Shown here in pieces: positions 38,143 to 51,573 of a DNA stretch of 64,000 bases. The DNA is taken from NCBI GenBank assembly GCA_026025075.1, contig JAPEUI010000091.1, positions 1 to 64,000 of the forward strand, read 5' to 3'. Origin of the DNA: Vezdaea acicularis (Eukaryota). Position numbers and translations under genes: made by a program. The notes under the pieces were generated by a model. It saw nothing but the letters and a program-made list of their open reading frames with translations, ran no database searches and was not told where the DNA came from. Each line of letters begins with the position of its first letter. Positions within the stretch are counted from its first letter, which is position 1.

Positions 38143-39531
38143 TGAATGGTGTAGTATGCATCAGCATTTCCATTTTCCAATCATCCTGAAATTTTTCGTC
38201 GGTTGTATTCCCCAGTCCACAAATACATAAACAATGCCTGTTCCTAGAGCTAGAGCATTCAATCAGAAGCTTGACGGGTGTCTTCAATCGCATTAAGATG
38301 TTTTAATCGTGCCTGTTAGTTGAATGTGCAGTTCAGTCCGAATAGAAGTCCTCCTTGGCCGTGAAGCAAAGGTAAACTGCACTCAGGAAGTCGAACCAAA
38401 ATCCGAAAATGGCCCTATCGAGTTTGGGTCTCGATTTTGAAAGGTTTGCTCGAGAGCCCGCTTCTAAAATTAGAAATCGTGGCTCGATATAGCTGAGGAG
38501 TAACCACCATCTGACAAACTTGTCTCCTCCTTTCTCTAAAGAATGAACTTCAATGCGAGAACGCGGTTGGTCAGACAATTACGGTTCCAGCACGGAAGAG
38601 GACACGATCTGATTGGTCGCTATCCAATAGTCGATCCTGGAAAGTGGCGAGCATTAGTGCCCTCCAGCTGAACATCAATTCGCTACTGACAGGTTTCGTC
38701 GGAGAAGTTGAAGACCGAGTGACTTGGGGAAAGTCTCCTTACAGTGACTTGCGTACATCCTTTCTATCCAGGCCATAATTTTGATTTGGACCCATCATCC
38801 GTCGTCTGCCTTCTCCATTATCTGTTGTGCGAGCCAAGGTCACGTTTGCTGCGGCTCTTCAGCCTTTCACGGTCGATCCACAGCGTTTTGTCGTCCAGGC
38901 TCGTCACATTCTCGCTAGCCGTGTTCGATACTATTTTTTCGACTCCATTTCTGCACAGCCTTTCTGTGGGCCTAGTTCAGTTGCATTTCCATTTTCCTTC
39001 TCCCCTTGTGTCCAACATTTCCCTTCCGTGACCCGCACTCAAACCGCATCGATCAACACTGCTGGCAGACATCCGACTGCTGGACTGTTTCAGGGTGCCA
39101 ATATACAGAGTTCACCACTTGAAGAACCCTCGAAAAAAGGAATTGGAAGCAACGCATCAATAGCGCCAGTCCTTCTTCGATCTTTCGATCGATTCTAGCA
39201 TCAGTGAAGCTCCTTTGAGGTCAGCAGGCGCTGCAGGAGTCTTTAACGGACATTAGTTCATCCCAGCGGGGCAATATTCTCCAGCAGATATTTCCCAACG
39301 TTCATCGATATACTACCTCAGAGTTTGCTATTCGAGCTAGATCAATATACGGAAGACCCTAATAACTACAGATATATTCTCTCCCCAAAGTCTGATAATT
39401 ATACGATACAACTCGGTGCAGCATAGCCTCAATAATCTCAGGCTTTTCATTGTAGAGGTTGCAACCCAACAAAAGTAGTGCAATCTCAACACCAAAGCTG
39501 TGAAAAAAGTGAAAACAAGAACGCTGCCATC

Positions 39532-41495
39532 ATGTCTGCGAGTCACATAATTGGAAATCGGAACAGTACGCCAGAGGCTACAAGCTCAGCTTCCCTTAGG
39601 CCGCCATCTTCTCGTGCCGTCGGCTCAGGTCACCATTTGCGCGCTTCGGCTGATATGGCTGCCTTCACATCATCACCACTTTCAAGCCGTATTAGACCAT
39701 CTTCTGAGGTTTACTACAACCAGTCTCAGCAACCTCAGAATCATAATTCTGCAGAGGTTGAAGCTGCGGATAAGGCGGCACAGCAGTGGATTGCGGATAT
39801 CGACCAATACGAAACGACGCTGGAAGAGATGGCGGCCGCAACCCTTGATCAGGACTTCAAAGACGAGCTCAGTGCAATCGAGCAGTGGTTCAAGGTCTTG
39901 AGTGAAGCTGAACGTACTGCAGCGCTATACGCGCTATTGCAACAAACCACCCAGGTCCAGATTCGTTTCTTTATTCAAGTGCTTCAGCAGATGGCCAAGA
40001 GTCACCCAATGTCTGGCGTTCTATCACCAGCAAGCTTTGACAAGGGTAAGACTTGTACTGTACCTCCGATTAGAGATATGTCTCTGACTTTTATTTGGTA
40101 AAGATCCGATGGCCAACCGCCTTAGCGACGCCATGAATAAACTCAATGTTGAAGGGTCACGAAACTCGCTGGGTCGACCTCCCCCATCCCCAGGTGCAAA
40201 ACGAAACTCAGGTCTTGACCCCTCAACGATCAACGCTATGTTCCCTGATGCTGCCGCTGCTCTTGCAACTCAAAAGGCAGCCTTCACACAGAAGACCGGC
40301 AATCCTCCCTCATCTAACCGAAATAGTGCCGTTTACGATAATCGATCTTCTCTAAATGCGCCGACTATTTCTACTCCACTTGATAGTGGAAGAGAGAGCC
40401 TCCCCCAGCCTCCGACTTCTCCTTGGGGCATACGATCCGCTGAAGTTCAGCTGCCGATCGCTCGCCCAAAATCTTCATCTGACCAGCAACCGATGGGTCA
40501 ATTTACGCAACCTCCACCATCTGCTGGACTCCGCTCCCCTCGGCCCCCACAGTTAAGTGGCAATACGAACCTGCAGAGCACCACAATTCATGCGCCTGAA
40601 AGTCGAGCAGACCTTTCTATCCTTTCCCCATATAATGCGGGTCTGAGCTGGTCTTCAAACGTGAACACGCCTATGACAGCTAATTTTCAACATCAACCAA
40701 ACCCACCTAGTGTGAATCAGGCTGATATGGTAGCTAATGCTACCGCAATGAAACTTGCTGCGCTTTCAACCGTCAATAATCGTATTGCACTCGATGATGT
40801 TCGAAAGTATCGTCGAGGTCGCTCGGAGAATGCAGCGTCAATCCCTGCAGGAATGTCGGGAACTAATATTGTCATGGTCAATGAACAGGGTCAGGTCTTG
40901 TCAGGTGAACAAGTTGCTGCATTGCAGGCCCAGGCAAGTGGAGGTATGCGTGGCCGTCGTTCTCGCCCAAGCTCCCCAGGTCTGGGCATGCAAGGCTCTG
41001 GCGGATTCAATCAGATGAGCTTTACTTCGCCGCAAAACAATGGCTTTCTCGCCGCATATGATGGAACATCGCCTCTCATCAATAATGGCATGGGTACCTT
41101 GAGCATGAACTCATTCGGCCTTGGCCCTGGCAGCAGCCACGAAGGTTACTTATCCGATCATTCCGACATAGGTCGCGGCCGATCTCCAAGAGGACGTCGA
41201 GGTAGCTCCAAAGCACCTGAAGACCCGACGGATCCTAGTCTTTTGCAAGATATACCCAATTGGTTGAGGAGCTTAAGGCTTCATAAGTATACCGACAACT
41301 TGAAGGACCTGAAATGGACTGATTTGGTGGAGCTTGATGATGCAGGTCTTGAGAAGAGAGGCGTCGCTGCCGTTGGTGCAAGAAGAAAGATGCTCAAGGT
41401 CAGTTGATCTCCTTTAGTGGGTAAATAGATATACTGATGTAATGATATAGGTTTTCGAGCAAGTTAAGGAAGCTAAAGCTGAAGGAAAGCTCTAG
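39532..41495 (+). CDS. VTS1: Smaug-family SAM-domain RNA-binding protein; join(39532..40045,40104..41398,41451..41495)
   Basis: [21 protein letters not shown]...QIRFF and the SAM domain [18 protein letters not shown]...[20 protein letters not shown]. Confidence 0.96.
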
Positions 41496-42088
41496 ATCAT
41501 AACCGTGCGGCCTGCTCTAAAATCGAGTCTGCTGGACAAACGGAACCACACAATAGCTTGGAAACCATTCTCTATACGGGGGACCGCTTCTACCATTTGC
41601 ATCTTTTATCCTTGTCTCAACTCCGTATTCTCAGTTGTTTTCACATCATGACGGTGTTTTCTAGAATCTCTCTCTAGTTCATTCTATTTGCATCGAGGGG
41701 AGCTCAATGATAGCGTGCATGGGGATGACTTTCTCTGAACGTATCTATGCATTCCCTTCAACGGCTGATCTGAGGAATCTCGCTGTTGTTTGTAGATTAC
41801 ATGTGGCTTCACGATATCTATTGCCTCATTTAATTTGTCGCGTTCAGTAAAAAGATAATAAGTACAGAAAATTGACAAATCGACCCTTACAAGATTCCAT
41901 AATATATGACAAATGGAAGCGAGGGCGACAGCCCAGTCTACTACAGTAGCTGCCTACTCACCATTCGAGCGATGCGAGCAGACATGCCATCTAATCTAAA
42001 AATGTCCTTCTTAATGGCCCAACAACCCGCACCCAATGCAAAACGATCCAAGAGTCACAAACACTCTACCCCCTTAAGCCCGACCACT

Positions 42089-44360
42089 TTACGCAGCCGC
42101 CCTCCCCAAACCCGGCACCTTCAACCACCCCTCCTTCGTCGGAACTTTCGGTCTTCCAAAATTCTCGTCCAGGTCCAAAATCAACTTCAGCGCATTTCTG
42201 CTCCTCAAATAGGGCAATGGCCCCTTCGCCTCCCTCACACTCGCGCTCGGATCTACTTCACCCATACCCTTCGCAGCCCTCTTCGCATCCGCCTCCGCAC
42301 TCCCCGGCATCGGCAGCAGCCCCTGGAGCACCTCGTACGCCGCGAGTGTAAATCCGAACTGCGGACTCGAGCGCAGGATACGTGCGGGGCCGCCCTTGAA
42401 GAATGCACGGAAACCCTCTTCGCGCCATACGGTGCTCGCGCAGTGCCGCAGCGACAGGTAGCGTGTCTCGCCCTTACGAGCCTCGACCTGAAGGCGCGTC
42501 TTGATCACATCGCAAGGCGTCGTCAGGTAGGCAGCGGGCATGCCGGCGATGGCTCCCGCAGTTAGCAGTTGCAGAATACCAAGTTTTTTGGTCGGTGACT
42601 CGCCGAAGACATCGCGCTTTAGGTGGTTATACGACGGGAAGTAGATCGCAGAGAAGGGCACGTCACGGAGCAGGCACGCTGAGGCGCCTTTGTAGAGACC
42701 AACCAGGCCTAGGTTGCGCACGATCCACATGGCGCTGCGCTTGGGCGCACCTTCAACAGTCTTGGCGACTTCGCCTTGGACTTGTAGCCGGATTTTGACG
42801 ATTTCGAGTGGGTTCGTGAAGATCTGGTGTGGGGTCAGAATATGTTGCGAGAGTTGGAAAAAGGGTGGGGGGCACGACTCACGACTTGACATGCACCGGC
42901 GGAGCCACCAGCTAGAAGCTCGTAAGGCCAGTATATGCGACCTTGCCTATCGGAGAACTTGGCTCGGACAAGGTCATTGACTGTAAGCTTGATGGCCTTC
43001 TCTGGAGCGACGCCGACGAGTTGCGGAAGTACGCCTGAGTAGAGACCCTTGAATCCCTCGTTCTTGATAACTTTCTTTGCGCAGTCGATGGAATTCTTGT
43101 ACAGCATTTCTCCTACTCGCGAACTTCGCTGGTTCTGCATCCGCGTCTTAACTAAATCGATAGGATAGACCATGAAGGCTCCAAAGGCACCTGCTATGCT
43201 TCCAAGGGCGAAGTGATGTGCAGACTCTAGCACTTTGTGTAGAACATTTGACGCCGACGATGAAACTCCAGCTGCAGCCTCGGATGCTCCGTCTCTGAAC
43301 CCATAAAGACCTCGGTGCCAAGAAGGATCAAGTACTTTTTTGAAGTCTTTGATTCCTAGCCGGCCTGAGGGCTCATCTAGACTGGCAAAATGGAATAGGA
43401 TATCTGCTTCCATGGGAGTGAAGAGGGAGAAGCGAGTGATGCGAGAGGCTTCATTCAAGAAATCCGTACGCGTGATCTTCCCGTCGTCACTTTTAGAGGT
43501 TGCGTTTCGAATGATAACTTCCACGAGATCCATCTCTCGTATGACATTTTGAAAAGCTCTGACATTTGCGTATGATATCTTGCTCCCAGCCGAGATATTA
43601 CACAAGGAGGGTAGGTTCTCAAGAAGGTGGTCAGAAAGCTTGTGCTTGGATGTCTCCAAAATGATCCTCTGGAAGTCATCTGGCTCAATGTAACCCGAGC
43701 CATTCTTATCGAAGTAGTGAAAGGCTTGACGGATACGTTCTCCTTGCAGACCACGGAGCATCTGAGAGAATTGAGGGTATGTCATGTCGTGGCGCCGTTT
43801 CCTTCCACCGACATATAGGGTTGCCCACTCGCAGTTCCAATCGAATGGTATACTGTCAGAACTCTTGTTGACATTGTACAGCCTCTGAAATTCGTCATAC
43901 TTGACAGCGCCAATTCCTTCGACGTCGAACAGACGGAACGCTATTTCGTATTCTGCATCGGGCTTTGCCAGGAGATTTTCAAAGATCGCCCAATCTTGAA
44001 GTGATAATTTGCCAGTCTTCTTATGGTCCGCCACGCGGAAGAGGATAGCGTATTGATCTCTTTTTATTTTGTGCTTATGAGAAATAGTTCAGTCAGTCAA
44101 TTGAGGCGCGATAATGCAAGGAGACTTAGGTGCGGCTATCTCTTTCTCGTCAGGGGTTATCTTCGGGAGCAGCTGCTTACATAGTCTTCGTTCTGGGGAG
44201 CAATGGCATCAACAAATCCTTCAGATGTCATATAAACTTCTCCAGTCTCCTCGTCCTTTTGCGCATAGCGATCAAACCTTGCCTTAGTTTGCGCAGAGAA
44301 CTCTGGCTCCAATGTAGTGCCTACTAGAGACTCCTTCACCGACTCCTTCACGGTCGCCAT
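42089..44360 (-). CDS. AGC1: Ca2+-binding mitochondrial aspartate/glutamate carrier (aralar/citrin type); complement(join(42089..42823,42883..44073,44181..44360))
   Basis: N-terminal EF hands ([14 protein letters not shown]) and three carrier signatures [30 protein letters not shown]; also [10 protein letters not shown]. Confidence 0.96.
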
Positions 44361-45025
44361 GTCCTCAGATATCTTCGAATTGGCCTTATAGAAGGGTATC
44401 AACCATTGGCAATGACTTTCTACGTTCAAGGACGGACTCGAATGCAGACTTTGCTGGACATGCGAAAGAACCAACGATAGGCGGTCAAGCGCTCCCGAAA
44501 GAAGCAAAAATCGATAGAAGCTTCCAAGCCTACAAGGGGGCCCAAGCCGTTAAGGAAGATTATGGACCACAGTATGTGTTACAGAAGTGAAGGTGAGGTT
44601 GAGGTCAATTGAAGCCCTACGAAAGCTTTGAGGATATGAAAGAGATGTTCGAAGCGGACAGATTTTCGCGTTAGCAACTATTTTTCGGACAGGTTGCTTT
44701 TGGCGCGTTGCTTGGCCGCACATTGTGATTGGCGACAAATTTTAAGGTTCTCGGTGGATCATGGCGATCTCCGCCGCGTAATCATCTCGACCCAAAGATT
44801 AGCAGAGCTAGAGCTTTGGGTCTAGAAAAAGCTAGTGAAACTGTGGGAAGCTTGCGTGAATTGTGCAATATTTTCAAGATAGAGGCTATCAAACTCAATA
44901 CTGAGCTACTGTGTTTGAACAATCAAACAAATGGACTTCACAAAACCAAGCAACAAACCAGATACACGACCAAACGGATGAACTTCAGCTGAGATATTGG
45001 GGTATTGAGGTAGAAAATACATAGA

Positions 45026-48000
45026 ATGGAACAGGAGGGGCATTGGGGGGATGGCCACATGTACCCCGAGCCCGATGAACAACCAGAATATCCTTGGGCT
45101 GGACCATCTCGCACGACACGCCAAACCCCATCAAGAGACTATCACGATGATCATCCTATGCTTGGAGATCGCTCCATCGATGAATCCTCTCGAACAGACG
45201 AGGATGAAGATGACTTCCTTGACGACAGCTCAAATGACGAAGATATTGACAGGTATCTAAGGCGTCATCGACCGGTTGACGGAGATAGATCAAGCGATGA
45301 GGACTTCGTGGACTCAGACCTGAGCGAGGATGATGCAGAAGAAATAGACCTGAGCGATGCGTAGGTTACACCAATCTCTTTACGTAGCAGTTTCTTTGAC
45401 TTATTCCTCTCGAAAGATCCATCTCAGACACCGATTTTGCCGAACGGCCAATTGCTGGCTTCGAGAAGACGCTGCTCCGCAAATTCGAGAAACAGCTTGA
45501 TGGCTCGCCGGAAGACAAGATGGGGAAGGGCGGGAGGAAAGGTCGACCTAAGGGAGCGCTAGGTCCAAGAAAAGCAGCCGCTCCAAGTCCCGAGATAAAA
45601 GCAATGCTCGCCCAAGCCAATGCGGCTTTTCTCGCTGAAAGGTTCAATGAAGCAGAACGAATTGCAAAGGACATCATCTTAAAAAACAATGAGATATACG
45701 ATGCCTACACAATCCTTGCTGAGGTTCAACAAGTGGAAGGTGACCCTGCGGGAAGCACTCTTACGTTCATTCTTGGGGCTCATCTGAAGCCAAAAGATCC
45801 TGAGGTCTGGCGCAACTGCGCATACAGGGCTCTTCAACATAGAGAACAGGTCAATGATAAAGCATGCTTGCAACAGGCAGTCTACTGCTTAAGCCGAGCC
45901 ATAGCGACAGATCCTGAGGACATTAAGACGAAGTTTGAGAGGGCATCGTTGTTCCGCGAACTTGGGTACCACCGGAAAGCTGCAAACGAGTATTTAAGAT
46001 TGCTTAGTACTTTTCCTAATGATCCAACGATCCTGAAGACTTTAGCGGAGGTCTGCGTTGAAATGAATGATGTTCAAAGGGCTGTGGAAGCTTTCGACCA
46101 AGCCTTTGATGGCCTTCGAGAGCAAGATGTATCTTTTGGTGATAAACTTGGCTGGGCCGATATAAATGCGTACGTCAAGCTATTCGATCACATTAAGGAC
46201 TATGGTAAGGCTATAAAGCAACTGAAACGCCTTTCAAGATGGCTTTTGGGACGGCAGGAAGAGGCATACTGGGATTTAGTAATAGAAGATGATCGAGAAT
46301 GGGACTTAGAAGATAGCCCACGACGCATCGAGGTTGCAGATTACATACCAAGCCGATTTGATCTTGCTACGTATGGCAGCGGAATGCCTCTGGAGATTCG
46401 CATGAAGTTAGGAGAGTATCGTTTGAAGTTTGGCCACGAGCATTTTGACGAAGCACTGGTACGTGAGGCATATCTCTTATTAATCTTGGTACGATCTAAC
46501 CTGTCAAAGGAGCACTTCAACTGGCTTGACCCCGATGACGATACGGAAGGAGCGAAGCTACACGAATTCCCAGACCTTTTCAAAGACGCAGGAAACGCGT
46601 TATTCAATGCTGGGTATCCGCAGAACGCGTTAACATTCTTCGAAGCGATTCAGTTCGCTGATGGTAGTGCGGACGCTTCAACTTACATAGCCATGGCTAA
46701 GTGCTACGAAAAGGAGAACCTACTTAACGAAGCTGAAGAATGCCTCAAAACGGCGTTGGAGATTGATATAGAGAATATTGAGGCCCTTGTAAGGCTCGCT
46801 AAGGTTTACCAAGATAAGGGAATCGCCGACAAAGCTTCGGAGCATGTTACTTTAGCCATGAAGCTCGGACGCAACAATAAGGCAAACAAGAAAGCCTTGC
46901 AGGACATACTAAAAGGGACGAATAAGTCAGGTTCAGGGCTTCTCAAATTTTTTGAGGGCGCAAAGAGGGGGGGTTACTATAAAAGGAAGACTTTAACGCC
47001 GTCGCAGCTAGCTGAGGAAGATATAAGTCGGACTGAGAAGATGAAGCTTCTACAACTCAATCTACATTCCCTCAAGGATCGAATGCGGACAGGAGATGAT
47101 GAAGCCACTCTTGCATGGATGCAAGTTGCCACCATGATGAGAAGGGAGTTCCTTAACAATAGATTCCTTAATCACCCTAGTGATAGAGGTTACGTGTTCC
47201 TGGGTTTTTCGAGGGAGGCTAAGAGACTCTCTATGAAGGGCAGGCGTGCACTAGACGTGCCCGGGCCATATGAAATCCTCAGTATGATCTTATGACCCTA
47301 CTTTTGGGGAATTAGTGCTAATAATGTCAAGAAAACGTCCAAAATGGCGAGATCCACCTGACTGAGCCCGTGCCAACAGCATATCGTGGGATATCTTTTG
47401 ATACTTGGCTGGATATCTTCCTTGACTTTGCCATCTGCTTAGTCAGAAAAGGCGACACTGAGGCGGCTTACACGGCTCTTAATCAAACTATGTTCTGTAA
47501 CATCTTCTACCATAGCCCAGAACACATGCATCGTATAAACACATGCTGGATCGGTAAGCTCATGCTTTCGAGATCTATGTTTGGAGCTAACTTCTTCAAG
47601 CATGTGCTATTCACGCTCAAGATGAGGCCACCGCCTGCAAGGTAGCTCGATCTTTCACGAGGGACTTCACATTCAACAGCGACGGCTTCCGTCTTTACAG
47701 TCTTGTCAGCCGCTTATGCCAGACATCTACGAGCTGGTTCAACTCGCAGTCGGCTCAGAAGTTTATGATGCGTCAGATACATGTCATGGATAAGGGCTAC
47801 TATTCCAAGTCGAAGACAAAAAGGAACGGAGCTGCCATGGAGAAACCGAAGATAAATGTAGTTCTTTTAACTTTGTACGGGCATATGATGTTGATAGGAG
47901 GAAGCTACGCTCCGGCCATTCGTAAGTCCTTCGCGAGTAAAGGACAAAGGAAGCTTAAGTGGACTAATCTGTTGATCAGACTGGTTTTACCGTGCTGCTG

Positions 48001-48407
48001 CTCAAGACCCCCAAAATCCCATGCTCAATCTTTCTATTGCGCTTGCTTACATCCATCACTCATTGAAGCGACAAAGCGATAACAGGCACTACTTCATTAT
48101 GCAGGGTTTACATTTCCTATTCAAATACTACGATATCCGTAAAGCAGCCCCCAAACCAGAGCAGCGTCAAGAAGCGGAGTATAATGTAGGCAGGACATTC
48201 CATCTCATTGGACTGAATCATCTGGCAGTACCTTACTACGAACGTACGCTTCAAGTAGCCGCTGAAGCCCAAGTAAATGGTAATATAGCCTCGGCTCCAG
48301 ATCTGAAGTTTACCAGAGATGCTGCATATAACCTTAGGACTATGTATGCTATGACAGGAAATATGGGGCTGGCTGGAGAAGTCACACAGAAATGGTTGAG
48401 CATTTAA
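45026..48407 (+). CDS. TFC4: RNA polymerase III transcription factor TFIIIC TPR subunit (Tfc4/Sfc4); join(45026..45360,45417..46458,46510..47281,47332..47553,47601..47921,47980..48407)
   Basis: Acidic N-terminus, TPR arrays, LSRWLLGR..E.YW...DDREWD, LAYIHHSLKRQSDNRHY.I.QG..F, QEAEYNVGRTFH.IGL.HLA, DAAYNL, KWLSI. Confidence 0.93.
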
Positions 48408-48704
48408 GTGGGCACTCGAGGAGGACAAGCTCGTTGAAGTCAATGGCTCAGCGTTGTCAAATGAGGAAGGAATGCGCGATTCAATTACTCAGGGATATGA
48501 ATGCTATTCAGACAAACCAGCATCGCGTAATTTGCAGCCAGCACAGGTATGTGAAGGGATGATGGTTTTAGCTAGAAGCTCATGTTGAATAGCCAGCGGA
48601 TGAATAGAAGAAACCACTCCATATTGAGTAATCTTACACCCACCACTCGGCCTATTTATCGACTTCCTGCAACAGCACTAATTCCTACACCATAATCACA
48701 AAGC

Positions 48705-51137
48705 CTAGATAGGCGCCGTCTCCCTTTTCAGCCACTTTAGACTCCTTTCATCCTTGCCCTCGAAGAATCCCTTAGTTTTATCCCAGACTTCCCTATGATA
48801 CAAATCCAGCCACTTCTTCTCTACGGTTGTTAGTTGACTCCTATCAATCAGGTTTCGACACATGGGGACCATCGTTACGTGCTCGAAGCCAAGGTACGGT
48901 TTGTCGCCAAAGCGATGTGACGTTTTTGTCTCGCGACACATAATAACGTTCTCGATCCGGATTCCAAAATTTCCATCTTCGTAATAGCCAGGCTCATCTG
49001 AGAGCACGTTACCAGCGGCAAGCGATACTTCAGAATACAGGATCCATGTGCCAATGCCGATTGGGCCTTCATGAACGTTCTAACACTACATTAGCCAGTA
49101 GACGCTATTTGGTCGAGTTTCGTGACCTACAAGGTATGAGCCAACGCCGTGTCCAGTGCCATGCCTGTAGTCGAGACCCTCTTCCCACAGAAACTGCCGA
49201 GCCAACGTGTCCAACGCAAAGCCGCTGGTACCTTTGGGAAAGACTGCCCGATCCAATGCGATGTTTCCTTTCAAGACCAGAGTGTATGCTTTACGTTCCA
49301 TTTCTGTGGGCTTCCCGAAATGTAGTGTCCTTGTAGTGTCTGTGGTACCATCGAGGTATTGACCGCCAGAATCGCAAAGATACACTGCTTTAGGATCTAT
49401 TGTTGAACAATTACCTCGCTCTGGTTTATAGTGAATGACTGCAGCGTTGGCACCAGTGGAAGAAATTGTGTCAAAAGACAGACCAACAAAATGTTCGTGG
49501 TTTCTGCACGGCTTGTTAGCTGTTTACTCAAAGATCCCATCACGAATCTCTAACTTACGATCGCATCTTTTCGAGTATATCCGCCCCCTCAACTTCGTCA
49601 ATCTTCGAGCCTTTTACTAGAAGCTCCTCTTCAAGCCAGGCGAAATATTCAATGAGTGCGGCGCCATCACGTATATGGCATCGTTTCATACCCTCCAGCT
49701 CAGTCTCATTCTTGACAGCCTTTGCGTCACCTATTAGACTACGGGCTTCTTCTACCTTCTTATCACCCCCTAGAGCCTGGCTTAGCGCCCATGATGTCTT
49801 ATTGGAAATCAGGAACTTCTTCGAGTCTTTAGCCGGCTGTTCTTTATTAGTACTCTCAGTCATGAGAAGTTTGCTCATCTCGAGCGTGTCCTCAAAGATT
49901 GCTTCGTAAGGCTTGATCCTAACAGTATCTCCGAGATGTGCTATAACGTTGCGATCTATCTTCTTCGAGTCGACGTATAGAGAAGCTTCCTTGGGGGTGA
50001 TTATAGCGTATGAAAAGAACACGGGATTGTAAGGAATACTGATAGGCATCAACGAAGCTGCCTAGCAGGAATTTAGCAACGTACATACTCATTGCCACGT
50101 AAATTGAAAAGCCAAGCAATCTCGTCAAGCATGCCTGCGTATTCGATCAGCCAAAAGCTTCTATACACTTGTCTCAACTCTTAGAGGTCGCTCTATTCAA
50201 CTTACAGACTACGTAGCTGGGGCTCTTCTTTTTCTCTATCTCCTTTCGTATGTATTCCAACTTCTCCTGAAACGGTTTTCCAGCATATTTTACATCCAGA
50301 ACTTTAACTGGCTCGCTCGGCCGCGAAGGACGATCCTTGCCCCATACGAGGTCGATTAGATTGTTTTTTACGCCAACCAGTTCTGCACCACCTTTCTTCG
50401 TGATTGTCTCATTCAACTTACGTGCTTCCGCTGTAGAAGGCTTCAGTTAGCGATACTACATACTCGACAAAGCACGATGGAACGAACGCGCCGTGATCAC
50501 TGTAGGATCCACTCCAACCTTTCTACCCCCTTCCGATTGATCAGCTGCCCTAATCAAGCTTAGCACAGGGTAAATTCCTTCTTGAAACTATCGTACCAGT
50601 CTTGCCAGGTAGGAACGTCTGTGAGGCCTTGCTTTAAAAGCTGCCAATTGCTGTCGAGCTGCTTTGACGCTTGATTGAAGTATCTTCCATCTGTAGCTAA
50701 TGCTGCCTTGTCATGAGTGATGACAGCACAACCTGCAGAGCCCGAGAATCCACAGATAAATTCTCTCAAGTATCAGCATGATTTGTGGGATATGGACGAG
50801 TATCGTACCACGCCGAGCATCACATGGAGCAATGTACTCTGATTGATGGCTGTCTTCTGAGGGAACGACTAAATTGAATAAGTACATTGGAGCTGCAACG
50901 GAGCTCTTGCATATAATTACTATAAACATCTACATTGTGCTGCTTCATCAACTCCCTTAGGTGCAGCAGGCGTTGTGTCGTGTCAATGGTCTTCATTTCT
51001 GAGGGCTTCGGAGCTTCAAGAGAGCTCGTGCCGCTTGAGAAAGACTTGCGAGGGTTTTGGCCGAAGGAATTGGACGAAGGAAACCTGCTTTTCTGCCTAC
51101 CGCGGCTCAAACAACAAAAATACCTGAAAGTTCGCAT
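48705..51137 (-). CDS. ampp: Xaa-Pro aminopeptidase P (M24B); 9 exons: complement(join(48705..49079,49131..49503,49559..50038,50089..50134,50206..50430,50488..50549,50597..50762,50809..50868,50921..51137))
   Basis: [40 protein letters not shown], and metal ligands in [44 protein letters not shown]. Confidence 0.95.
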
Positions 51138-51573
51138 TTACACTGTGCGCTGAATTGACGAGAATTCCAATAATTGTAGAGGCCGAAAGGTTGAGTGATA
51201 GTCCTCGATTCGGCTTAAAGCAGAATCTCAAAAGCGGCAAGCGGCAATTGGTCGGAAACTAAGGCCGCTACAACATTGAACTTTCTGATACATGCAAGTA
51301 AGCGTTCTGCAGGCGCTTGTTTTCGACTTCTCCCATCACTGAACACTGACCGAGAAACACAAAGCCGCAGTTATGCTACAATATCGTCACTTAGGGTTTC
51401 CTTTCCTTCCCCAATTGCCGAGCATCCCAAGCGCAGGTCAATCTTCGGGTGTGATGTTATTCTCCACGTGTTTGGGAGCGGGGATCTATGAACTACCCTT
51501 TGACCCACTCGATCATTAACTTTATTGGTGGAATCTTGTACAAAGAGACAGTTTTCTAGAGCTTCCTATAACT

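Noticed and set aside
39059..39068. CTG-CTGG-CAG Smaug-recognition-like hairpin upstream of VTS1
   Set aside because: Only a 3 bp stem; too weak to claim autoregulation.
41906..42565. 219 aa plus-strand ORF opposite AGC1 exon 3
   Set aside because: Antisense shadow of the GC-rich 3' exon of AGC1.
22730..48407. Apparent tRNA theme (ELP3, QRI7, TFC4, nucleotidyltransferase) and vacuole theme (subunit f, cystinosin)
   Set aside because: The genes are interspersed with unrelated housekeeping genes; no evidence of a functional cluster.
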